Source: Paraphysomonas bandaiensis (Eukaryota > Protista > Chrysophyceae). Taken from it: a stretch of 64,000 nucleotides of DNA. The stretch spans positions 186,001-250,000 of the forward strand of contig CBFFRP010000217.1 in NCBI GenBank assembly GCA_965644295.1. Direction: 5' to 3'. The first letter of the stretch is position 1; each line of letters opens with the position of its first letter. Below, piece after piece: positions 37,825 through 49,367 of this stretch. The translations under genes and the position numbers were made by a program. Below the pieces are notes generated by a model. The model was given only the letters and a program-made list of their open reading frames with translations, did not search any database and was not told the origin of the DNA.

Positions 37825-38217
37825 GAGACGACAGACAAATTCACTCTATGCTATAATTATTCCGTATATTGTATGTGTTGATAATAATGACTGTTACTGT
37901 CAATTCAAACTTGACTACATATATTCTATTAGGTTACTGAGTACATGAGTACATCACAGTAGATCCGTTAGTACAGTGTACTAAACTCTTAAATCTCTTC
38001 AAGTAAAACATGCTATGTAGAATATCGCAACATCTAAGTAATTAAGACTATTCGACGAATACTGTAAATACTATTTCTACCGTGAACGAGAATGTTAAGT
38101 TCTCCGTATTTGTAAGCAATTAAAGCTGCATTTTAAGTTTTTAAATTATAATCGAATAATACAGTAGTTGTAAACAGAGTTTGACATTAGTACTAAACTT
38201 AAACAACTGAACTTGTA

Positions 38218-38560
38218 ATGCAACGACTCGACCTGGGTGACACTAGTTCTATTACACAGTCTCACATTCCTCTATCAGTTAGTGTGCCTCTTCTTGGATC
38301 ATCACACTCCCTCTCGACTCCCTGTTGCTGGACACACCGGATAACACTCATATCCCACTCCTGTCCAGCTATACACTCTCTTGCATGTGTTCTCTGCCGC
38401 TGGCTAAGACAGCAAAAGAGTCGATTTCGACGCTTCTTCACAGTAGGCCATAACCTTCTGCAAGACCTTCATCCGCATATACCTCCGAGCCACTTGGCAC
38501 AATGCTTAAAGGAAGGCCACCAGATTGCCAATCTCAGAAGGGTACAGTACTGCTTCCCCT
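38218..38560 (+). repeat. Decayed coding repeat, homologous (inverted) to ~45980-46300; probable retroelement remnant
   Basis: Shared translated blocks LDLGD, ITLPLD/EALLLD, RRFxTVxxxLxQDLHPHI, with frameshifts. Class not determined. Confidence 0.5.
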
Positions 38561-38732
38561 GGTGCCTGCCGTATGACACATAAGGCAGTCCCCAATGCAA
38601 ATTGCACACAATGTATGTGTAGTCTTAAGCGTTCCAGTGTGGTAGTAGTAGACTTAGATCACTGCTTTCACTTGACATGCTGTACGTTGTACAATGTCGT
38701 CCCCTACATACACATCTATCATATAGCGAGAA

Positions 38733-38913
38733 TGGTTGCACTTTGATGCTTGCGGCGACGAACAAGCGGTTCTCGTAGCGTTATATAGTAGGATAATAGA
38801 GTTTGTACTGATTAGTTACAGGTAAAGGTCTAACTAGTTTGTCTAGCATTCATCTAGCTACTGAGTTGGTGCAGATTTTTAACGCCTATTGCTAATACTA
38901 AGACTTTCAATAT
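38733..38913 (+). repeat. ~180-bp dispersed repeat, copy 1 (copy 2 at 47161-47341)
   Basis: Shared block ...TAGTAGGATAATAGAGTTTGTACTGATTAGTTACAGGTA.AGGTCTAACTAGTTTGTCTAGCATTCATCTAGCTACT...; roughly 90% identical by eye. Confidence 0.85.
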
Positions 38914-39517
38914 GTAATGCAACGCACTCTTAACCCTTTATTGTCATTTGTCATTCACTAAATTTATATCTTCACTACGTCTCTACTACCTATCAATATA
39001 ATCCGATCTGAGTTCGTCAAAATGTCACAATAGTGAACGGTATTCCATGGCACATCAAAATGTTCATATAATGTTGTCATTAAATACTAAATACTGTATT
39101 CTCAAGAGAGTGTTGTATTCCAAGCTCAATTACTTCTAGCTTATGATGTGATATTCAATTGGGGAATTTATAATTCGATGAAGACTTCTCCCGAAATGTA
39201 GTTTTCTACGAACGTGCCATCTTGTGGCAAAGATTCGAGGCTTTGGATGTACAACAGCAGGTTTTCAGCAATAGTAATTATATGAATTTAAATTATGTTG
39301 AGCAAGTAGTATTTATGCTGGAGTGAATCGTGTATCTAATGAGACACCTCTGCAGCCCATTATATTATACTACGTATATCTAGCTACATTACGTATTGAT
39401 GGTGGCGGAAGCAAACTACATGACGCTGCATTGCTTTAAAATCCTGAGAATAGGCTTATCACTACACTTATGCACAGGGAAATTAAAGGACAGCTTTGGT
39501 ATCGGGTGATAACAAGA

Positions 39518-42267
39518 TTACTCGTATATCCCCCATGCACCATCCAGCCCAGCAGGCGCCATGAGGTCGGTCTCCATAGCTTGGCAATCGGTGTCAGTGG
39601 GGGTCAGGAAACCTTGCAAAGGAGGACACTCCTGTGCGTCGAATGACATAACAATGTGCGTCAACCACGTCTCCACCTGCACATGGACAAGAAATTGTGA
39701 CCACATAAAACACATTTGAACTGTACATCAACACATGCGGCATATATAAGTGCGCTACATCTAATAAACTAGTTCGACGCAGGTGCATGAGCATAAATTA
39801 TATAAATACCTGATCAGTAAGGTCAAGAAGAGTGTCTATATCGTCCATCAGTGGTAATCCATCAGTTGACTTGTTCGCAGGACACTGTTTCTCGTTGAGT
39901 TTATCCTCGAGCCTACCTCTTGTCATACTGTCTGACGCACCAGCGGCCCAGGACTTAAGGTCCTTATTAAGATACCTCACTTCGCTTACAGTTCTGTTTA
40001 CGCGTAGCACACTGTCTCTAGGATAAGTAAACTCCAAACTGAGAACCGCCTTGTGCTCCTATTTTTCATCACCCGAGTATATATTAAAGAAATAATACAG
40101 GACCGTATAAAAATTGCAACTAGATGAAGCAAGATAATTTACACGCTACGCACCTTTGACGCAAACCAGCCCTCGCCTTCCACCTCCACGAACTTCGCTC
40201 CCTTAACCTGCAACATACGTCACCAGAGCACATGATACTGCATTTATTACCTTGCATGCGAGTGGCTGGGAATCTGACACAGGCCTCAGCATCCGCTGCC
40301 CCCCTTCTGAGTAAGCTATTGTCCATCCCTCTGCTAGTCTGTACCATGTTGACCCGTCCGGCATACTCCTGAAAATGTCCAAACGCATGAGATACATCAG
40401 ACGATGTGTATTGTATATACCTTCGTCCGTAAACCAATACCTTGGCTCCCTGAAGCAATGTTTTGACCCTATAACACGTGGCATGAATATTTCGATATAG
40501 ACAAAGTAATACGAAACAGATACCTAGGTGCACTCTTCTCCGGACGTTGTTTAACTACTGAACCGACCTACACACACAAGCGAGTACAAAATCAGAGCGA
40601 AACACAACATAAGTTATCACCGTAACGAAAAAAATAAGGCCCACCTGTCGCTCTACCCTGAAAGCAATATATCTCTTGGGGGCAACAGGAGCAGTGATGT
40701 CTACACTTTGTGCCTTGGCCTGCATAGCAGCCGTAACTGCACTCTTAAATTTGCCCTTATTGCCTCTTGACAATGAGAACATAGATCCTTTCCGGCCTCC
40801 ACTTGCATCTACACTTCCCCCAATAGGTACACTACTCGGCCTAAGACGATATCATCACAAAACATACCGTATACTCAGACATATATGATAGAAACAGTGC
40901 ACGTCACTATTGCGAAGTACCTATTGCCATTACTGTTATCCCCAACGTCTCCGTTCGCCTCGGCCTCAGATAGCGCCTAGAAATTATTATTCCAAAAAAA
41001 ACGCGAAAACTTAAAAGAGCACCTCGTATATCTGGACACTTTTCTTTTCTTCTCGAATGCTAATTGGAAGATGCATTTCCACCACAACATCACCCTTATA
41101 TCTCTGTAAACAGAATCAAGCTACGCAATGCAATATCTGGTAACGCTACAAAACGCACTACAGATAGCAGAACTGAAGTGGTGACATACCTTGGAGAGCT
41201 TCGGCATGGTAAACGTCTTATCTAGAGAGCCAACCTCGCTGTTTCCTCCAGATGCCTTCTCTTTGTCTCTGGATACGAGGGCGTCTATGATCTTGATACC
41301 CACCTAGTGTTAAAATATATTTAGTATATATATCGGCATTCATAATAAATTTTCGAGTTACCTCTTCCTTGGTCTCAGCAGATTTATCCGCGATGCAGTC
41401 TTGCATAGTGGTGGAATTCACACACACATCAATTACTGCACACTCCTCTGCATTTTTATCCACTGTCCGTCTGAAAGTTGAGCCCAGGACCATCACTGGC
41501 CATCGCTTATGACCTCGTTTGGTGCCATTACTAGGCACCTCGCTGCACTCGCACACGTTAATAAAAACCTATTTCACCAACCGTATGTCAGCCTACGTGT
41601 AGTATTCAATGACAAAAAGTGCACACACCTTCATCCCTCCATCTCGTCTGGTTTTGAGGACGAAACCTGGCTCAGGAGTAACAGTCAATTTACCGGGATA
41701 CCCACCACTGCTAATGCTCGTCGTCGTGTTACTTCGTGAAAAATCTCCTTCGACGCCAGCGGAGGATATCGGAGTAACAGATGGTCGCTGAGCTACTATC
41801 TCCTCGGCATTCCATAATTTACTAATGCTCCGGATGGGAAGGGTCTCCCCGTTTACACCAATGGCAGCGACACGCCGGCTCTCGTCGTCGTTGAGATCAT
41901 CTCCAGGCTGCAGCACAAGACTGGGGTTGTACTGTGCGAATGATATATGTTTATAGAGTGCCTCTTTCCACATACTGGCTTCCGATTCACTGGCTGCTGA
42001 CACGAGTAGGTCCTTACCCGTGTTGACATCTATTAGATATATCTTAGTACGGTCTTCTTCTGTGGGCTCTTCGGGCTCCTGCAGCTCCATCCCACCAACC
42101 ACTAAACACCCCTTAGGGTTGATTCCATAAGGGGGTTGTTCCTTTCCAGAAGTTTTTTCGAAATAAGTCAGGCGGCCCTGCTCCAGCACGAAGAACCTTC
42201 TCTTCCAGTTCCTGACGACATGTCCCTGTTTCTTAAGATATCCAGTCACTAGAGGCGGACCGGACAT
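39518..42267 (-). CDS. PH-domain + PIH1-domain protein with a possible C-terminal PX-like region
   Basis: PH: GYLKKQGHVVRNWKRRFFVL...EASMWKEAL. PIH1: VTPEPGFVLKT...KV|FINVCECSEVP...DKNAEECAVIDVCVN. C-terminal 'LRVNRTVSEVRYLNKDLK...VETWLTHIV...PPLQGFL'. Confidence 0.8.
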
Positions 42268-42981
42268 TTATTAATTTATATTCGAGTATATCTAACAGTG
42301 ACTAGTTCAGACACATGCTGTGAGTGGTGTGTCAGGTGGCGTAAGGTGATCTATGGGTAGATAGAGGACTGGGTGTGTTGGAGGGGTATATCTTTGCTGT
42401 TAGGGGATTACAGTGATAAGGAGAGACTCTGCTGTTGCTGATGTAGTGAGGATGTGAAGTGGTGTTGAATGAATGCAATGGTCGGTATGGTTGAGAGGGG
42501 AGTGTAGTTATGGGGTGTGTAGAGTAGTATAATAGCAGTGATATCTGCTGATGTTAATGTCTGCATACACACAGGCAGACATATACATGCACTGCTGCTG
42601 TATTGTACGTACATGTATGTATGTACATAGACACTTGATGTACACACCTCCGTACACATCCACACTACGTGCTGGTGTATATCAAACTACATTCACAATC
42701 TTGGGAAAACTCGTACTGTGAATCTGTAAAATCGAATTTTTAATGAAAAATCCCATATTTTTTGAATCACTGGTGTGGTTTATAGGAATGTGTTCTACAC
42801 AGTGTACTCTGTACAGTATCTACACATACACATACATATTTAAATATACATACACAAGCTATACACACGCCTGCTGTCAGACCATACCTCTCATTAGCCA
42901 TAACACTCTCACCCCTCCTCTCCCTCTACACTACCTACCAACCATATACATCAGTCCCAGTGTACCCAATCTCACATAAAA

Positions 42982-45704
42982 ATGAGCATTGTGAGGTCTC
43001 TTAGACGTGATTTAAGCAGAGCCATGGAGGAGATGTCCATTAGAGGGCTTACACTATCATCTAAATGGGCTGGAGAGATGTTAATGGGTATGCCAGATGA
43101 TATCGATGTGGAGTATGATGAGGATATAGAAGTAGAGCATATCCCCCCGAAGGAGAGGGGTGTTATCGGGTATGCGAGGGCACTTATGGTGGCTGGAGAG
43201 TATCGGCGGAGTGCTCATGTGTTGCGGGGTCATAAGGGTGGAGTTAAGAGTAATGTCGGTGTGTTTCAGCTATGCTACTCGTTGTATATGGCAGGCGAGA
43301 AGATTAAGACTCAGGCTGCTGCTGAGAATACGACAAGTAGTAACTCTCCTGTGAATCCACTGCTGGGTGATGTACGCGCGGAGTTATTGCCCATGTACAA
43401 GAACAGTTTAATAGACGGGAACGACGAGATGGATCCCCACCTTATGTTTATTTTGGGAATAGTGCTCCGAGATATGAGGGCTGCAGGGTCACCTCAGTCC
43501 AACACCCATTGTGACCCCTGTCCATTGACCATACTGATGGAGTCCGCTCGTAGATACCCATACAACTGGTACCTGCAGTATTAAATGATAAAGCCTGAAT
43601 GTATTGCTTGACTTATGGTTATACATATAATGCTTGCTCAAAAAGTATATGTATGCCTGTATATGAGTAAAATCTGTGCGTAGGTCATGTTGGTTAGAGA
43701 TAGCAGATTCCTATGTGTCGAGTGGGAACCCCGTTGCTCCACTTCCTGCATTTCCTCCTTTTTTACTTCAGCTTTCTCACTGTTTGACTGGTGCTGCTGG
43801 TACTACAAACTCGCTCTCTGTTGGGGAGCGGGATGTACCAGCAGCTGTGTTTCTTGCACATCTCCTAGTGGAACAGCATAAGGGTACTACAGCTCTATCC
43901 ATTCTCGATCAGTTGCAACCTGTCCTCCCCAATTCGCTGCCTGTGCTAACACAGGTATGTACAGTGATGGGCGATTCAATTGCACAGTTGTGTATTCTCT
44001 ATTCTCTGTGTGCTAGCACCTCTTTGTGTTCTATATGCATTGTGATGACTGTCTCCTCTAGGTAGCGCTTGCCCATTACGGCTTGCGAGAATACGAGGAA
44101 GCCCAGGCTGTGTTTGAGAGGGTGCATGCGGCCGACCCACATCGCCTGGATCAACTTGACACGTACTCTAATATACTCTATGTAAAAGAGAGGCGGGCGG
44201 AGTTATCCCACCTCGCTCACATATGCGTAAAAGTAAACAGCCTAATAAAATTACACAGTTTTTTTTTATTCTGATATATTATGGTCGCTAGGTGGATAAG
44301 TACCGAGCCGAAACATGCTGTGTAATTGGAAATTATTACTCCTTAAAGGTATTGTGCAACTTTAAGATTGTGTTGTTAGCAATACGTATACGTATGTATG
44401 CGTGTACATGTATTGACGGTTACCTCTATAGGGGCAGCATGACAAGGCGGTACTGAGCTTTCAGCGGGCCCTCAAAGTAAATCGCCGCTATCTCTCTGCC
44501 TGGACCTTAATGGGACATGAGTACGTAGAATTGCGTAACACATCTGCCGCCGTACAGTGCTATCGGCGAGCAGTGGATGTTGATCCATCTGACTATAGAG
44601 CATGGTACGGACTGGGTCAGACGTATGAAATGCTGCACCTGCTACAGTATGGGTTACACTATTACAAGAGAGCTGCGGCATTGCACCCAGGGGATGCCCG
44701 TATGTGGAGCGCCGTGGGAAGCTGCCTAGCCCGACTTACAGCAGCAGCAGCTGGGTCAACTACACGTGAGGCAGTACTTAGGGCCAAGAGAGAGGCGATA
44801 TCAGCCTACGAGAGGGCTGTTGCCTGCAATGATAGGTGATCAGTTGTCCTGTTGCTAGAATTGAAACCCCTATTATACAGTGTATATTAATGCACATGAG
44901 AGCGTTACTACATCACTATCAACTAGTCCAGAGTTAACGTGTGTTGTAGGGAAGGACTTGCCACCAGGGAGTTGGCTCGGTTATACAGGTGTGGTACCAA
45001 CTCGTAACATTGCATTGTGTACGTTTGGTTTGAAATAGCATGGAGCTATAAATGTGGACGTATGATTTGGTTTCACTGTTGTGGTAGGGAGATGGGCGAT
45101 AGCGATCGGGCTGCGGTCTACTACAGCAAACACTTGGCCTCTCGTGAACAGGGAAATGGTGAAATGGCTGATAGTGTGGTTGATGGAGATGCAGCTGAGG
45201 GCCTTTTATTTCTGGCTACACATGCATACGGACAGGGTGATGCAGCCACGGCGGAGAAGCATTGTCTTAGGTATATTGCATGTTTCAGTTCTCATAAACT
45301 TGCATGCTTAACCGTTCCTCATTGGGAATATATTCTAAATTTGACTTATGCTACCCTCCATTAGTAGTATGTATGTGTACGCAGATAACCTTGCACGTCA
45401 CCTTGTGGATAGATATTTGTAGTTTATTGCTTTATACAGAACATTTTGTACTTTATTGATTGAAATTGATCTCATGACGAAACCCTTCTGTATCTATAGA
45501 TTGGTGGGTTACAGGGGCCCAGAGGGTGCTGAGGCCAAGAGTATTTTGCGAGAAATACGGCACGCTCTGCATCACACACCAGACCGCTATGAGGAAGACA
45601 CCGACCTTGTAGGTTCTCCGGATGAGGAGCTGCCACCAAGACTCAGCAGAGATAGCATCAGTGGTAGACTAACTAGGTCGTCACAGAGACGGGATCAGTC
45701 ATAG
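42982..45704 (+). CDS. CDC23: Anaphase-promoting complex subunit 8 (CDC23), TPR protein
   Basis: [99 protein letters not shown]. Confidence 0.95.
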
Positions 45705-45949
45705 ATTATTGATTATTGAATGGAAAACATAGTAAATACCCTAGCATATACCCGAAGCAGATATATATAGTATAGTCTTGGATATGATATTTCTTACTAG
45801 AACTTCGGTAGTGAAAATAATTGATAAAGCAGATTAAATAACGTTTAGTAGATGTCTGTCTATTTAGCAATGCAAGAGTCAGAACCAGATTAAAATCTAG
45901 ATGAACAAAGTAGTAAAGCTAGCATCCAGTGCAAAATCTGATATCCCTC

Positions 45950-46560
45950 TATTTAACGCAACGAGAACTGCTTGTGCGACCTGGTGGCCTCTCCCTTTAT
46001 CATTTAGTAGGTGTTGTGCCAAGTGGTTTGGATATATGTGGATGAAGGTCTTGCTAAAGGCTTTGATCTACTGTGGAGAAGCGTCGGTAACGGCTCTTTT
46101 TCCAGTAGCAGAGTACACATGGAAGAAAGGAGATAGTTGGGTACGGACCAGTGGGATACATGGGTTCTCCGGTATATCCAGCAACAGGGCTTCGAGGGGA
46201 AGGGTGACGATACAAAAGAGGCAATATCTGATTGAGGAGTGTGGGACTGCGCACACAACTGAACAAGGGTCACCAAGGTCAAGTACTCTGATAAATCTAT
46301 GCACAATATGAGCATGATTGTGAGGAGAGACTCGGATGTCCTCGGCTGCACTTAGTGACTGAGTGGGTGCACGTGGGATACCGGCTGAGGCATAGGGTGC
46401 GTGTGGAAGAAAATTGATGGCAAGGTATCAGTGACGAAAGGAGAGGAGATAGTTTGTCCGGAGGTTTTCGAGGAGTGTGTGTAACAACAATGCAGTGTGA
46501 GGTTGTATGTGTGGTGGGCAGAAAGTTGGTGGGGATGTTCGAGTGGATGCTATTAACTGA
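45950..46560 (-). repeat. Decayed coding repeat homologous to 38218-38560; probable retroelement remnant
   Basis: Frameshifted blocks VLDLGDPC..., VTLPLEALLLDIP, YRRFSTVDQSL*QDLHPHI. Confidence 0.5.
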
Positions 46561-47160
46561 TAATATATATGAAAGGCAGTTTGATTATTTATTGCTGGAT
46601 TTATATACTAGTGCAGGATAAAACAAATTGTAACCATAGTTTGTGCAATAGATAGTATATATGATGACAATAATGATATTAAGCTACTAGATCTACAAAT
46701 TCTTTGTCTCTGTGCTGCGGTAGATATAGCGAGTAGTTCACCCTACTTCGAATTATATGACCGTCACTTCAAGAATACAGTAGTTGAAAAGTTGAACACA
46801 GAGTGCATCAAATAGTGATGATATTCCCTCAACAAAGTTGGACTCGCACCTTTTCGTGGTGTTCTGGGGGATAAGTACAGGAGAGATTCTCACTGGGAAA
46901 CTAACGTGAGCCGCAAACATTAATAGTCAGCAGATATTCTTCTGCCCACTCATAGAAGAATGCTTGTGTGGTACAAGGGACACCAGTAAGTGTGACTTGT
47001 GTATAGACGTCTTTGGGCCCTGACGAATAAACAGGCATCCGGGAATGGGCCCGTCTGAAGGGCATCAGGTACAGGGCCCACCTGAAGGGTAACCGGGGTA
47101 TTGGGCTGCCTGCTGAAGTCAAGCATCCGGGATGTTCACCTTAAGAACTCAGAGCGGAAG

Positions 47161-47341
47161 TGGTCGCACCTTGGTGCTTGCGGCGATGCACATGCAGCTT
47201 CCGTAGCGTTAAATAGTAGGATAATAGAGTTTGTACTGATTAGTTACAGGTAGAGGTCTAACTAGTTTGTCTAGCATTCATCTAGCTACTAAGTTGGTGC
47301 AGGTTTTTAACGCCTATTGCTAATAATAAGGCTTTCAATAT
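47161..47341 (+). repeat. ~180-bp dispersed repeat, copy 2
   Basis: Direct match to 38733-38913. Confidence 0.85.
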
Positions 47342-47399
47342 ATACAGTGATGATATTAGTGAAGCAGAAATATTATAAAACCGTGACTATATTTGCCCG

Positions 47400-47590
47400 C
47401 TATATCAGCTTATCTCTCCACGACATTCGTACATTGTTTGATGAACTCACGTTAGTTTCCCGGAGAGATTTCTCCGGTACTTATCCCCCAGAACACCACA
47501 AAAAGGCGCAAGTCCGATTTTGTTGAGAGAGCAAAAGTCAACATTATGCAATGTAATAATTGCCATTATAATTTAATTGAATCTGCATGA
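47400..47590 (+). pseudogene. Decayed hAT transposase fragment
   Basis: LSLHDIRTLFDEL...RYLSP matches LDLHDVCTLFDDL of the 8.9-9.3 kb remnant. 47446-47528 also has a diverged inverted copy at 46829-46910. Confidence 0.55.
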
Positions 47591-47600
47591 AATATTTGAT

Positions 47601-48619
47601 GGGATGTATTATTCAACCTAGTCAATTTGGTTGACTTTCCTAGTCACACCAAAATTGGTGTAATAACCTAGTCAAAAGGTGTAAAAACCTAGTCATTAAA
47701 TAATTAGATTTTTAACTTTACAATGACTAGGCGTAAAAAGCGGGATATTCGACAACTCATCGAAATCACTGTCGTCATCATTATCCCCAGTATCTTCGTC
47801 TGAAGATAATAAATACGGCCGCTTTTCCAAAGAACTTGGAAGATCCGAAGATGTATCCGGAGTTCTGTCCACAACCTCGTTAACAAACACTTCGTCCTCT
47901 GAGCACTGACTCATAGAATCCATGTATAGATATATATATATAGATATATGTATATTACTGCTATTATAATACATCAGATTACTTAATCTTAGAATGGTTG
48001 TTTATATGCTCTCCTCTAAACCACTAATACTTCGTATGGTATGGAGCAAGTATCTTGTACAGTCAGAATGTTTCAGCTTTGAAGCATCCAGCAAACTGCA
48101 AATCTTTTCAAGATGCGATTTGGTTTCCAAACCAGTCGTTTTCAGTATGTAGTTTGGTGTGTGAGAGGTTAGCGTGTTGTTGTCACACTTGTGCATGATA
48201 ATTCATAGTTATATTACTAAATTAAGTGATGCTGATAGACCCCCCCAGAGTACAAGGTTTCATCAATGCTTCTGAAGGCGACTGAAGGACATCCATGGAG
48301 ATTGTGTTGAGAAAGAATGGTGTACAAAAGCCTACTTGAGCATTGGAGAGAGCGATGGAGTCCTGCCCATGCTGTTATATCTTACTATATTACTGCTCTT
48401 TAGCTTTGTGTTCGCCTGATCTATGTTGTATAGATTTTAATTCACCTTCTATGACCTCATGCTTCTGTAATTCGTAGCTATATGCGAGTACAATTCATGA
48501 CTAGGTTTAATACTATAATTGGCTAGGTTGAGTCATTTATTGCTTTGACTAGGTTATTACACCAATTTTGGTGTGACTAGGAAAGTCAACCAAATTGACT
48601 AGGTTGAATAATATATCCC
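47601..48619. mobile_element. Non-autonomous TIR element (1019 bp), Mutator-like
   Basis: 76-bp TIRs GGGAT(G/A)TATTATTCAACCTAGTCAATTTGG... with 1 mismatch. 10-bp TSD AATATTTGAT (47591-47600, 48620-48629); an 8-bp TSD reading is also possible. Repeated CCTAGTCA motifs. Empty site present at ~52302-52325. Confidence 0.88.
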
Positions 48620-49367
48620 AATATTTGATACTAAACTACGTAAATTATTCGGACAGCAAGTAATACTTACCATTATAATTTACTTCGACCTGCGTCAATT
48701 AATTGTTACGCAGCCGTGTTATCTATAAGATATGATTATATTGGATGGTAGTAGTGACATCATAGCTAGATGTTGTGATGAATGATAAGAGATATGTATC
48801 ACAAATTCACTTAATTGATTATTGAGTAAGTTTACTTACGGTGACTTGAGTTAGCTACACCGTCCTTACGTCAGTTTCGGGTTTCGGTTACGTTAGGAAC
48901 AAGTACGTGATAATGGTCATCTGACTTTTACTATAAAAACATTTATGAGCTGCTAAATTGATTAGTGGACACATGCTGCTACGTCGCTTACACTTAAAAC
49001 TCATGACGCGACTAGGGGCCTAATTTTGCTACACTCATATTATTTGGAACGTCACAGGAGTCCGCATACTTGTACTCAGTAAATGAGGAGGACAAACTAT
49101 CCAGTTCCCTTGTGTTGATATAAATAGAAAATTACTACCATTGACTCCAAACGCTTCACTAATGCCTAATTACTTACGGACCCAGAATTGTTGATACATT
49201 TCAGTTACATACTAGCCACTCGGAGTTCCTGGCTACGTTCATTCTTCTGTATAAAACCGCATCACAAGAAACTATGTATATTGGAAGCCATCAAAGCTTT
49301 CCAATGTAAGGTATAAACTCTCGGTATCAAAGAATTATCTACTCCTTCGTATTAGTCTCTTCATATA

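Noticed and set aside
45901-46311. 136-aa plus-strand ORF downstream of CDC23
   Set aside because: It is antisense to a frameshifted repeat remnant shared with 38218-38560.
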